NCBI RefSeq assembly: GCF_006345805.1
Contig: NW_021833361.1
Location: 1 to 30,104, forward strand
DNA from: Octopus sinensis
Lineage: Eukaryota
Reading direction: 5' to 3'
Length of the DNA: 30,104 bases
The translations under genes and the position numbers were made by a program. Positions 10,240 to 20,689 of this stretch are shown in pieces (position 1 is the first letter of the stretch; the number at the start of each line of letters is the position of its first letter). The notes beneath the pieces are model-generated. The model saw only the letters and a list, made by a program, of their open reading frames with translations, did not search any database and had not been told where the DNA came from.

Positions 10240-10954
10240 TATACATATATATATATATAAGTGTGTGTGTGTGTGTGAGTGTTTGTGTGTGCATGAAGAG
10301 AGGGGGAAGATCGGGTGGTATGATCGAATGCGAATCCTATTACTGACTTGGCTTAGCGAGAACTTATTCATTCACATCTGCGTCTCTTAAACCCTCACAT
10401 ACATTCAAACCTCCATCCATTCCTTCGCCTACCTATTTCCTACCTACGTGCCTACCTGTCTATTTATCTCTTTATCCTTCCGTCTACCTTTCTTTCTCAA
10501 TATACGTAAATATACGCACACACATATATGTATACATACATTTGACATGCAACGTCACTCACACACACATACACGTATATATACATATACACATATACAC
10601 ACACACACATATATATGTATGTGAATATATATATATATATACATCGACAAATAGACTCATAACAAATATATGTGTCTATCTATAAATTAGCATGTATAAA
10701 TATATATAATTATGCATGTGTGCATGTGTGTGCATGTGTGTGTGAGTGCGTATATATATATATATATATATACATGTGTGTGTGTGAATATAAATGCATA
10801 TAAATACACATGCATATGTATATACATATATGTATATATACGTAAATATGTATGCATGTAGGTATGCATGTAAGTATCTATATGTATGTATTTGTGTGCA
10901 ATTGTTTGAATACAAATTGATGCTTGCTGCGTCAATTTATCTATATATCTATTT

Positions 10955-10956
10955 AC

Positions 10957-11052
<96 letters not shown>

Positions 11053-11116
11053 ATCTATTTATCTATCTATTTATCTCTATCTATATACCTATCTATCTGT
11101 CTATCTATCTATATAT

Positions 11117-11181
<65 letters not shown>

Positions 11182-11200
11182 AATTTATCTATTTTTCTAT
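10955..11200. repeat. (CTAT)n microsatellite
   Basis: Directly visible. Confidence 0.95.
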
Positions 11201-11254
11201 GTAGCTACGTACATAGGGATGCACACAAATAAATAGAGAGATCAATCAAGCACT

Positions 11255-11329
11255 AGATAGATAGGTATACAGGCATATTGACACACATACAAACACATAG
11301 ATACATAGGCAACATAGAAAGAAAGTTGA

Positions 11330-11387
<58 letters not shown>

Positions 11388-11388
11388 T

Positions 11389-11451
<63 letters not shown>

Positions 11452-11531
11452 GGATAGATAGATAGGCAACATAGTAAGAAAGTTAGATAGATATATAGAT
11501 AGATAGATAGATGGCAACATAGAAAGAAAGT

Positions 11532-11588
<57 letters not shown>

Positions 11589-11624
11589 GGATAGATAGAT
11601 AGATAGGCAACATAGAAAGACAGT

Positions 11625-11679
<55 letters not shown>

Positions 11680-11760
11680 GCAACATAGAAAGAAAGTTAG
11701 ATAGATAGATAGAGAAACAAATTGACAGATAAATAGACAGATAGACTGATACAGATAGAT
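11255..11760. repeat. (GATA)n array with five interspersed GGCAACATAGAAAGAAAGTTAG motifs
   Basis: Motif starts at 11308, 11465, 11513, 11606 and 11679. Confidence 0.9.
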
Positions 11761-12462
11761 AAATCTCCAGTATGAACAATATCGATCAGTATCGATTGTC
11801 TTATAGCTTCTCATTAAAAGCACCCACTGCTTTACTGTCGCGAATCTGTTTAATTTGAGTCTATCGGGAACAGAATCCACGTAGAATACCAATGACCGCG
11901 CTTTATTGCCTATTTATTTTAGGACTTCATCATTCTCCTGATGTTATTGTTACTACTTCTGCTGCTGATGTCGCTATTTCTGTTGTAGTAGTTGTAGTAG
12001 TTGTAATTGTTGTTGTTGTTGTTGTTCCTCTTCTTCTTGATAATAATGCTTTTGCTATTTTTTTTTATGTTTGTTTATTATTTTCTGTTGTTGGACTTGT
12101 TGTTGCTGATTTTATTTTTTCTCCATATATGTCTTTTTTTTGGGGGGGGGGGATCGGGGGGGATCGGGGGGGGGGGATGGTGCGTATATTTTTTTGTTTT
12201 GTTTTTCTTTTTGTTTTGCGATTTTATTTCCTCTTATGTTTCTTCCACTTTCAGCTCTTCACCTCGTTCGCCACCTCCTCCAACACTTTCTCCTCTTCGT
12301 CCTGCTCCTGTTCCTCACCTCCCTCGTAATTTCCCTCCCTCCCCCACTATACTTCTTCTCATCCTCCTCCGTCTTCATCATCATCATCATCTTCTTCTTC
12401 TTCTTCTTCTTCTTCTTCTACTACTACTACACTACTACACTACTACAACTAGTAATTCTTCG

Positions 12463-12890
12463 AAGCATTTCGTCCAATCTTATCGTTCAGAGTTCAAATT
12501 CCGCCGAGGTCGACTTTGCCTTTCATCCTTTTGGGATCGATGAAATTAAAAAGCAATTGAGAACTGGTGTCACCACAACACACTTAACTCGTCCCCGAAC
12601 CTGCTAACCTTGAGCCAAAATTTGAAACCATTATTTTGATTAGCATTATTCCTGATACAGATTGTCCGCAATCACTCACTGCCCGGCATGCTAACGATCC
12701 TGCCAGCTCGCCGCCTTATATACTCCATAGTATTTCGTCCTTCTTTACCATCTGAGTTGAAATTCCGCCGAGGTCAACTTGCCCCTGGGTAGATAAAATA
12801 AGTACCAGCTGAACACTGGGTTGGATATAATCGACATATCCCTTCTCCAGAAATTACTGGCATTAGGCCAAAGTTTAAAATCATTATTAT
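12463..12890. mobile_element. Cluster of SINE-B-related fragments: + 12463-12635, - head 12681-12717, + 12730-12890
   Basis: GAGTTCAAATTCCGCCGAGGTCGACTTTGCCTTTCATCC; GCCCGGCATGCTAACGATCCTGCCAGCTCGCCGCCTT; GTATTTCGTCC...AAGTACCAG. Confidence 0.75.
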
Positions 12891-13842
12891 TCTGCTCAGT
12901 CTTGGTATTTCTATAACTGCTTGGCTTTTGATGTTGTTACTGGTGCAACTATTTTATATCAATGAGTCTAGGTAGTTTGTTGAACACGTGGTATTTATTA
13001 CGACCAGGTACCTGGAAATGAGCTTTTGCTATGATAGATCACAACCACAACTGATTGGAAGAATTCAAAAGGATATGCAGGAGATATAACAAATATATTA
13101 CCTTTTTGGTGGAAGATAGACTATCGATTGACAATTTAATTGTGTGATTTCGGAGAAAGACGGTAAAGAAAATGTCGACGCATATAGGAAACGTCAAAGG
13201 TGTTTGGGAAGAAGAGGATGAAGGAGAAATGGAGGAGGAGGAGGAACAGGCAGGGGAGGAGGGGAGCGTAAAGAGAGTCAAAAAAATTTGAGAGCATCTG
13301 TGAAAGTAATTGGTGTGTGTGTATGAATAGATAAGCACACGCGTGTATGTGAATATAAAGATGCGGGAATAAGCTGGGCTTCTGTATATATATATTTGTA
13401 CGTGTATATATGTATATATCTATCTATCTCTCTATCTCTCTCTCTCTCTATATATATATATATAATATATTATATATGTATGTATGTATATATATATAGA
13501 TATATATATATATATATATACGTATATATATATATACATATATATGTATATATATATCATATATATATACATACATACAACATACATACATACATACATA
13601 CATACAACTACATATATAATATATATATATAATATATATATATATATATGAGGTCTGATCAATAAGTATCTGGACTGTAGCCATAGTAACAAAGCTAAAG
13701 CCTGCAGAGTGAAGTCACTTGGCATAGATTGATCTTGAACTCTGCTGTGCATGCGCACTAAGTTTTAACGTTCTATCCCACTTCTTCTTTTCACGGCAGT
13801 GCTTGGAAGGAAGGTGTGTAGCGAGTGATCGTCGCATTGACC

Positions 13843-13937
13843 ATGGCAGAGAATGTTGAGCAGGAAATCTTCATCAAACTTTGCCAAAAGCTTCGAGATA
13901 CCGGCTCAGAGGCCTACGCAAAGTTTTTGAAAAGTGT
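13843..13937 (+). pseudogene. Mariner transposase N-terminal remnant
   Basis: MAENVEQEIFIKLCQKLRDTGSEAYAKFLK, like the mariner HTH start EQRxCIKFCxKLGxSASETY. Confidence 0.75.
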
Positions 13938-14353
13938 TTTCATCGATCTGGACACAATCAAGGAGATTTTGTACACCTGAAACTCGAGTGTCTTTTTTGC
14001 TCAGCTGAAAGGAGTCTTGGCATAAACTTAGCAGACATGCGTCTCATAACCAAATCTTCAGTTATAATGGACTGAACTGAACCCTAACTAATCTGCACAC
14101 CCCCTGATAACTCACGGATGGTGATTCGACGATTTCCCCTCACAGCTGCAAGCACATCTGCGATGTTTTTCTCAGTACTGCTGGTTGCGGCTCTCTCAGA
14201 ACATTGATAAATATCGACATTTTTTCGGATATCAGGAAAACTTTTGAAACACACGTACAATTGTGTGCGGCTCATACACTCCTCTCCATACACTTTCTGC
14301 AACTTTGCGTAGGCCTCTAAGCAGGTATCACCATTAAAACTTTCTCTTGTCAT
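13931..14353 (-). pseudogene. Mariner transposase remnant (HTH, linker, start of catalytic domain) with a stop and frameshift
   Basis: EAYAKLQKVYGEECMSRTQLYVCFKSF...AATSSTEKNIADVLAAVRGNRRITIREL...GSVQSIITEDLVMRRMSAKFMPRLLSAEQK / TRVSGVQNLLDCVQIDEN. SAKFMPRLL corresponds to the mariner WVPxxL linker. Confidence 0.85.
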
Positions 14354-15004
14354 AGTCAATGCGACGATCACACACTACATACCTTCATTCCAAGTATTGC
14401 TGTAAGCAGTAGAAGTGGCCTAGAACGGTAAATCCCAGTGCGAGTGCACAACAGATTCCACGGTCAATCTTTGCCAAGCGGTTTTACTCTACGTGTTTTA
14501 GATTCGTTACTATGGCAACATTCCGGATATTTATTGATCAGACCACGCATATGTTTGTATGTTTGTGTGTGTGTTGTGTGTAATATATACACACATATAT
14601 GTATGCATATATATAAATATATATATTTGAAGATTTGGAGGTAATGTACAGATATTATATATTAGAAAAAAGGTTTTCAGAGATCTGGATGGTTGTATAT
14701 ATAAATATTTCTTAACATGTCATATGTTTTTACACATCACATATAAGCGCTTTCATCTACTCTAATAGATTCTTCGGATTTAAATTTTGTGATGAGAACT
14801 CTTCGAGAATCCTTCAATGATATGTCCTATTTTCTTCAGGTCTGCTTCATGACTCTGTCAGACCTGTTTTACGCCGAACGAATAAAATCAAAGTTGACCA
14901 AGGCGACATTTGAACACGAAACATAAAGAGCTGGAATAACTGGCGTGTAGCATTTTTCTTTTCGGCCACTTTATTTATTCTGCAAATCTATATCAGCCGT
15001 GAAT

Positions 15005-15014
15005 AATTATGATT

Positions 15015-15076
<62 letters not shown>

Positions 15077-15081
15077 TGATG

Positions 15082-15115
<34 letters not shown>

Positions 15116-15259
15116 TGATGATGATGATAATAATAATAATGATGATGATGATAATGATAATGAATAATAATAACAATGATGAATGAATGATAATGACAAT
15201 GGTGAGATGATAATGACAATAATGATATGATATAATAATGATATAATAATAATAGTATA

Positions 15260-15296
<37 letters not shown>

Positions 15297-15457
15297 CTAA
15301 TAATAAAATAATATAGTAGAACTAAGGAAGGGGAAATGAATCAAATAGGAAGAAAAAATGCGACGAAGGATGAGGAGAAGGGGAAGAAAGACGAAGAAGG
15401 AGGAGAAGAATTAGGAGGAGAAGAAGAAGAAGAAAGAAGAAGAAGAAGAAGAAGAAG

Positions 15458-15488
<31 letters not shown>

Positions 15489-15839
15489 TGCATGGAGAAA
15501 AAAGACCAATTTAATGGAGATCATATTCTTTTTGTTTTTCCTGATGAAACGACACGCTCACATACAAACACACACACGCACACACATACGTGTACAAGAG
15601 AAGACAACTCATGAAACATAATAATAAAAAAGTCAAAAACCAAAGACAAGGCAACAAATACAAAATCGAAAAAAAAATAAATAACCACCACAAGCACAAA
15701 CAAAAAGAAGAAAAAAAAGCAAGAAGTAAAAACAACGAAAAGTTATGAAGACAAGATAACAGTGTGAATCTTGGATAAAACAGATGCAGATGAAAGGATT
15801 TCGTTCTTTTCTCTGTTGTTGTTACCATTATTATTATTG

Positions 15840-15913
<74 letters not shown>

Positions 15914-15925
15914 GTCATTATTATT

Positions 15926-15986
<61 letters not shown>

Positions 15987-16030
15987 ATTATTATCATCAT
16001 CATTATTATTATTATTGACATTATTTTTTG
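15005..16030. repeat. Triplet arrays: (AAT/GAT)n ~15005-15310, (GAA)n ~15395-15490, (TTA)n ~15826-16030
   Basis: Directly visible. Confidence 0.95.
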
Positions 16031-16858
16031 TATTATTTTGTATTTTTTTCGTTTTGTTTTTGCTATTGACAAGTTAATTGAATTGTCATGTGAACTAATG
16101 AAAGGGACAGGCGAAATATATTAAGCTTCTGTAAAGAAACAAACGTAATGAGTCTGTGTACTCTCGCTCTCTCTCTCTCCTCTCGCTCTCTCTCTCAATC
16201 TATCTATCAATCTCTTGCTTCATCTATCTCTTTTTCACTTTGTTTTTCTCTCTGTGTCTCTCTATTTCTCTCTTTATAAACACAAACATGCACACAATAT
16301 TTATAGATATATAGATAAATAGGATGATGTGATGAAACGAAAATAATTTACACATTGAGAGTAGAACTCATCTAAGATAAAGGAAATAATAAAAATATAT
16401 CGTATTTATATAAGGAAACGAAACGGTGTATATGCATGCATGCATGCATGCATACATAGTGGTTGTTTACCCATACACGATCAAAGTCATGGCAAGAAAG
16501 AATCATTGACATGAGTCATTGATAATGCAATGTGAGTCCCTTACATGACTCTTGAGTTCCAGCAAAGATTTACATATTTTATTGCATAATGTCCAGTTGC
16601 GCTGGCTGGCACAACGAACCGGTGCCGTAGTATTAAGTCTTTTGCCATGTCATTCTAATCCTCCAACTAGACGGCAGACCATTCCACAGATTACCCCTGT
16701 TCTGTTCGCACCAATAGCTGTATCATAATTTACAAGGGCTCAATATCCGTGGCTATATGCATACATACTTTCTCTCCTTGTTTCTCTCCTTGTTTTTTTC
16801 TGTGTTCCTTATATATATATATATATATACGAGAAAGAAGCAACAAGAATGGATTAGT

Positions 16859-16949
16859 TTTTAGTACAATTGTTTCATACAAAGACAGGCTTTATTACAA
16901 GTTGCAAAAATTGCAGCAGATAAAAGTGTCCCGTACTCATCAGCTAAAA
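16859..16949 (-). ncRNA. Type I hammerhead ribozyme, minus-strand copy
   Basis: Reverse complement of 17676-17758 with an 8-nt longer stem II loop; core, stem III and GUA site are intact. Confidence 0.8.
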
Positions 16950-17675
16950 TAAATATGAGTTCTCCAAACATCTTAGTGGGTGAGGCTATACTCATGAAGT
17001 ATTGGAGATAATTTCATTAAAGGCAGATTTAGGTTGCAAACAAATTTCCAAAGTTCCTTAATGATGATGCACAGTCTTATCACAGGTTCTTAAAAGCTTA
17101 TTAGCTTCACAGAGAAGGTGAATTAATCCGTAGAGTAGATTTAAATTTCCAGAGATATGAGGAGGATGATGCACAGACTGTGATAAGTTGCAAACGGAAG
17201 AGATTATTTATCCTACATATGTTCCGCTCGGAAATTATTACTCTTCGGAAGATTCAAACCACAAATAAATTGAAATACCGTTTTATTAAAATTACTGCTA
17301 TACTATTATCTCACCCTGGTTTTAAGTATCTGTAGTAGGGCCTCTAGACCTGACGGCCCTTATGAATGATAAGTTTGCAACTGATAAGTCTGTGCATCAT
17401 CCTCATATCTCTGGAAATTTAAATCTACACTACGGATTAATTCACCTTCTCTGTGAAGCTAATAAGCTTTTAAGAACCTGTGATAAGACTGTGCATCATC
17501 ATTAAGGAACTTTGGAAATCTGTTTGCCTTTAATGAAATTATCTGCCTTTAATGAAATTATCTCCAATACTTCATGAGTATAGCCTCACCCACTAAATCT
17601 GCCTTTAATGAAATTATCTCCAATACTTCATGAGTATAGCCTCACCCACTAAGATGTTTGGAGAACTCATATTTA

Positions 17676-17758
17676 TTTTAGCTGATGAGTACGGGACACT
17701 TTTATCTGCTGCAATTTTGTAATAAAGCCTGTCTTTGTATGAAACAATTGTACTAAAA
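17676..17758 (+). ncRNA. Type I hammerhead ribozyme
   Basis: Stem I UUUUAG(17676-81)/CUAAAA(17753-58); core CUGAUGA(17682-88); stem II GUACGGGACA/UGUCUUUGUAU closed by G10.1-U11.1; GAAA(17741-44); palindromic stem III ACAAUUGU; cleavage triplet GUA, cut after 17752. Confidence 0.85.
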
Positions 17759-18349
17759 ACTAATCCATTCTTGTTGCTTCTTTCTCGTTTATAATCACTC
17801 CACATTACTGTATGGTTAACACCATATAGTTTTCTGGTGCATCTAAGTTAAGTACCACATTCAAGTAAATTCATTGGAATTGACTTGAATCTTAATTGCT
17901 TTGATTGTATATATATATATATAATATATATATATATCTAAGCTATTATCATTCATAAGGGCCGTCAGGTCTAGAGGCCCTACTACAGATACTTAAAACC
18001 AGGGTGAGATAATAGTATAGCAGTAATTTTAATAAAACGGTATTCCAATTTATTTGTGGTTTGAATCTTCCGAAGAGTAATAATTTCCGAGCGGAACATA
18101 TGTAGGATAAATAATCTCTTCCGTTTGCAACTTATAATTAATTCTATTGTAGGTTTATATCAATTTGTACAACATATCCGGAGAGCAGTGATTACGTAAT
18201 TATCTTACGCTTTAACATCGCATGGCTATTCCGTTAATAGCTTACACTGTCAACATATTAGATTTTCCTGCTTTCGTGTTTAAAACTGTGTTGAAACTAA
18301 CTTTCTAAGTTTATTTGTCTTATCGATGTGAAGGACTGCATGTCTTTTA

Positions 18350-18725
18350 TTTTACTTTTACTTGTTTCAGTCATTTGACTGCGGCCATGCTGGAGCACCG
18401 CCTTTAGTCGAGCAAATCGACCCGAGGACTTATTCTTTGTAAGCCCAGTACTTATTCTATCGGGGACGTAAACACACCAGCATCGGTTGTCAAGCAATGC
18501 TAGGGGGACAAACACAGACACACAAACATATACACACACATATATATATACATATATACGACAGGCTTCTTTCAGTTTCCGTCTACCAAATCCACTCACA
18601 AGGCATTGGTCAGCCCGGGGCTATAGCAGAAGACACTTGCCCAAGATGCCACGCAGTGGGACTGAACCCGGAACCATGTGGTTGGTTAGCAAGCTACTTA
18701 CCAAACAGCCACTCCTGCGCCTATA
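18350..18725 (-). mobile_element. Full-length SINE family A with a 16-bp TSD
   Basis: GACTGCATGTCTTTTA at 18334-18349 and 18726-18741. Head at the right end, tail at the left. Confidence 0.92.
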
Positions 18726-18788
18726 GACTGCATGTCTTTTACGTACTAGATTTAGAAAATAGGAATATTCTCGGTTCCCGTATTTAAT

Positions 18789-19080
18789 TGGCACTCCGTC
18801 AGTTACGACGACGTGGGTGCCAGTTATTCCGATCAATGGAACAGCCTGCCAATGAAATTAACATTCCAAGTGGCTGAGCACTCCACAGACACGCGTACCC
18901 TAAACCTAGTTCTCAGAGAGATACACGTGACACAGTGTGTGACAAGGCTGACCCTTTGAAAAACAGTTACAACTCATTTTCGCCAGCTGAGTGAATAGGC
19001 GCAAGGGAAAATAAAGTGTCTTGCTTAAGGAGACAACACGCAGCTGGGAATCGAAATCACGACCTAATGACCATGAGCCA
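18789..19080 (-). mobile_element. SINE family D, A box missing
   Basis: Reverse complement is colinear with 4501-4758 and extends to the 3' end (...GACGGAGTGCCA). Confidence 0.8.
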
Positions 19081-19326
19081 GAATTTGAACTCAGAACGTA
19101 AAGATAAACGAAATACCTATTTCTTTACTACCCACAAGGGGTTAAACACAGAGAGGACAAACAAGGACAGACAAACGGATTAAGTCGATTACATCGACCC
19201 CAGTGCGTAACTGGTACTTAATCTATCGACCCCGAAAGGAGGCAAGGCAGAGTCGACCCCAGCGGAAGCTGAACTCAGAACGTAACGGCAGACGAAATAC
19301 CGCTAAGCATATCGCTCGGCGTGCTA
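19081..19326 (-). mobile_element. SINE family B unit plus the start of a second unit (same junction as 8335/8336)
   Basis: ACGAAATACC|TATTTCTTTA junction at 19117/19118. Confidence 0.85.
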
Positions 19327-19356
19327 TCGGCTCGAGGCTATAATAGATACTTGCCA

Positions 19357-19410
<54 letters not shown>

Positions 19411-19412
<2 letters not shown>

Positions 19413-19536
19413 TATGAGATCACCATGTCGTGCACATATGGTTGTGATGGATGTGCCTGGTGTACCCTTATCAGACGGGTAGTCATGATGGGTATACTGG
19501 GCTTCGTATATTTTACCCCAGTGTCACTTTGATGGC

Positions 19537-19540
<4 letters not shown>
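19411..19540 (+). mobile_element. Partial copy of a retroelement 3' end, followed by (AAT)n
   Basis: GAGATCACCATGTC...CAGTGTCACTTTGATGGCAT is repeated at ~19977-20099. Confidence 0.65.
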
Positions 19541-19620
<80 letters not shown>

Positions 19621-19647
19621 GAGGAAGAAGAAGAAGACTTTGATGGC

Positions 19648-19729
<82 letters not shown>

Positions 19730-19782
19730 AAGAGAAGAAGAAGTAGAAGAAGAAGAAGAAGAAGAAGAAGAGAAGAAGAAGT

Positions 19783-20120
19783 GGGGGAGTATCATGGCTG
19801 TGTGTTGAAAGGAATTCCTAGAGGTTTGGATACTTGACTTCTGCAAACATGGGTGATTCGTTCAACATCCTTAAACAACCCTTATTCAGGGACCTTTTGA
19901 GTGGGATGGGCTACTCAACCTGAAGAAAATTCTAACTGGGCCCCACCTGCAAGGTCATGTGCTGTTTATCTTGATGTGAGATCACCATGTCACACATATG
20001 GTTGTGATGCATGTGCCTGGTGTACCCTTATCAGACGGGTTGTCATGATGGGTAAACTGGGCTTTGTATAATTGTACCTCAGTGTCACTTTGATGGCATG
20101 CACTGCTCTCTCACTCAATA
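19783..20120 (+). mobile_element. 3' end of an interspersed retroelement (probable LINE 3' UTR) ending in (AAT)n
   Basis: Complex sequence embedded in (AGA)n/(AAT)n arrays, ending CACTGCTCTCTCACTC(AAT)n. Partly duplicated at 19411. Family assignment is inference. Confidence 0.55.
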
Positions 20121-20284
20121 ATAATAATAATAATAATAATAATATGAGAAGAAGAAGAAGAAGAAGAAGAAGACGAAGAAGGAGGAGGAGGAGGAGGAAA
20201 AGAAGAAGAAGAAGAAGAAGAAGAAGAAGAAGAAGAAGAAGAAGAAGAAGAAGAAGAAGAAGAAGAAGAAGATTAAAATAAATA

Positions 20285-20370
20285 CTAAGGTCGATTCTTT
20301 TGACTAGAAATTCTCCAAGGAAGTGCTCCAACATGGCCGCAGTCTAACGACTGAAACGAGCAATGGGTAA
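20285..20370 (+). mobile_element. SINE-A-type 3' tail fragment
   Basis: GGTCGATT...GTGCTCCAACATGGCCGCAGTCTAACGACTGAAAC resembles 10152-10212. Confidence 0.7.
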
Positions 20371-20689
20371 AACATGAGTGATAAGTATGATGACTATATT
20401 TCGTGTTAGGTAACAGTACCAACATATCTCGCAGATTGCAACAGTCCGACAGCCTGTTCGCTGCTAAACGATGCGACTCCATTCAACTGGTGTCTCATAA
20501 ACATATTCCAATTTTCTTGATCGTTTCTGAATGAAAACACTGACAACGAACTCTGAATAACAAATGCGTGAGTCATCAATTTTTGTCCAACAAAAATATT
20601 AGCCATAGCATCTGTGCTGACCATACACATACGCATACATGTACAGAAAATATACACACAACATGCGAACGTATACATACGTAATGCAT

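Larger units (their letters stand above)
13647..14551. mobile_element. Mariner-derived element made of two converging 5' halves, TA at both ends
   Basis: Left TIR TA|TGAGGTCTGATCAATAAGTATCTGGAC; right TIR (reverse complement) TA|TGCGTGGTCTGATCAATAAATATCCGGA. Both are followed by the same leader and the transposase start. Confidence 0.85.
16829..18135. mobile_element. Non-coding hammerhead-carrying element (retrozyme/PLE-pLTR-like) arranged A-B-A'-X-B'
   Basis: A (16829-17195) is the reverse complement of A' (17373-17788). B (17196-17372) is the reverse complement of B' (17946-18122) with 1 mismatch. There is an HHR in A and in A', and (TA)n flanks. Confidence 0.8.

Noticed and set aside
11308-11702. 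CRISPR-like repeat-spacer pattern
   Set aside because: The spacers are just (GATA)n of variable length, the context is eukaryotic, and there are no cas genes.
12142-12180. G-rich run GGGGGGGGGGGATCGGGGGGGATCGGG as a functional G4
   Set aside because: It is G4-capable, but nothing distinguishes it from a low-complexity homopolymer tract, and run lengths are error-prone.
16500-16750. Possible LINE 3' remnant on the minus strand (LWNGLP; LCNKICKSLLELKSHVRDSH)
   Set aside because: The motifs are short, in different frames and point to different clades; cannot be supported without a search.
17040-17330. Nearly open plus-strand frame across arm A and spacer B
   Set aside because: It has an internal stop and no start or recognisable motif, and it is antisense to the HHR-defined strand.
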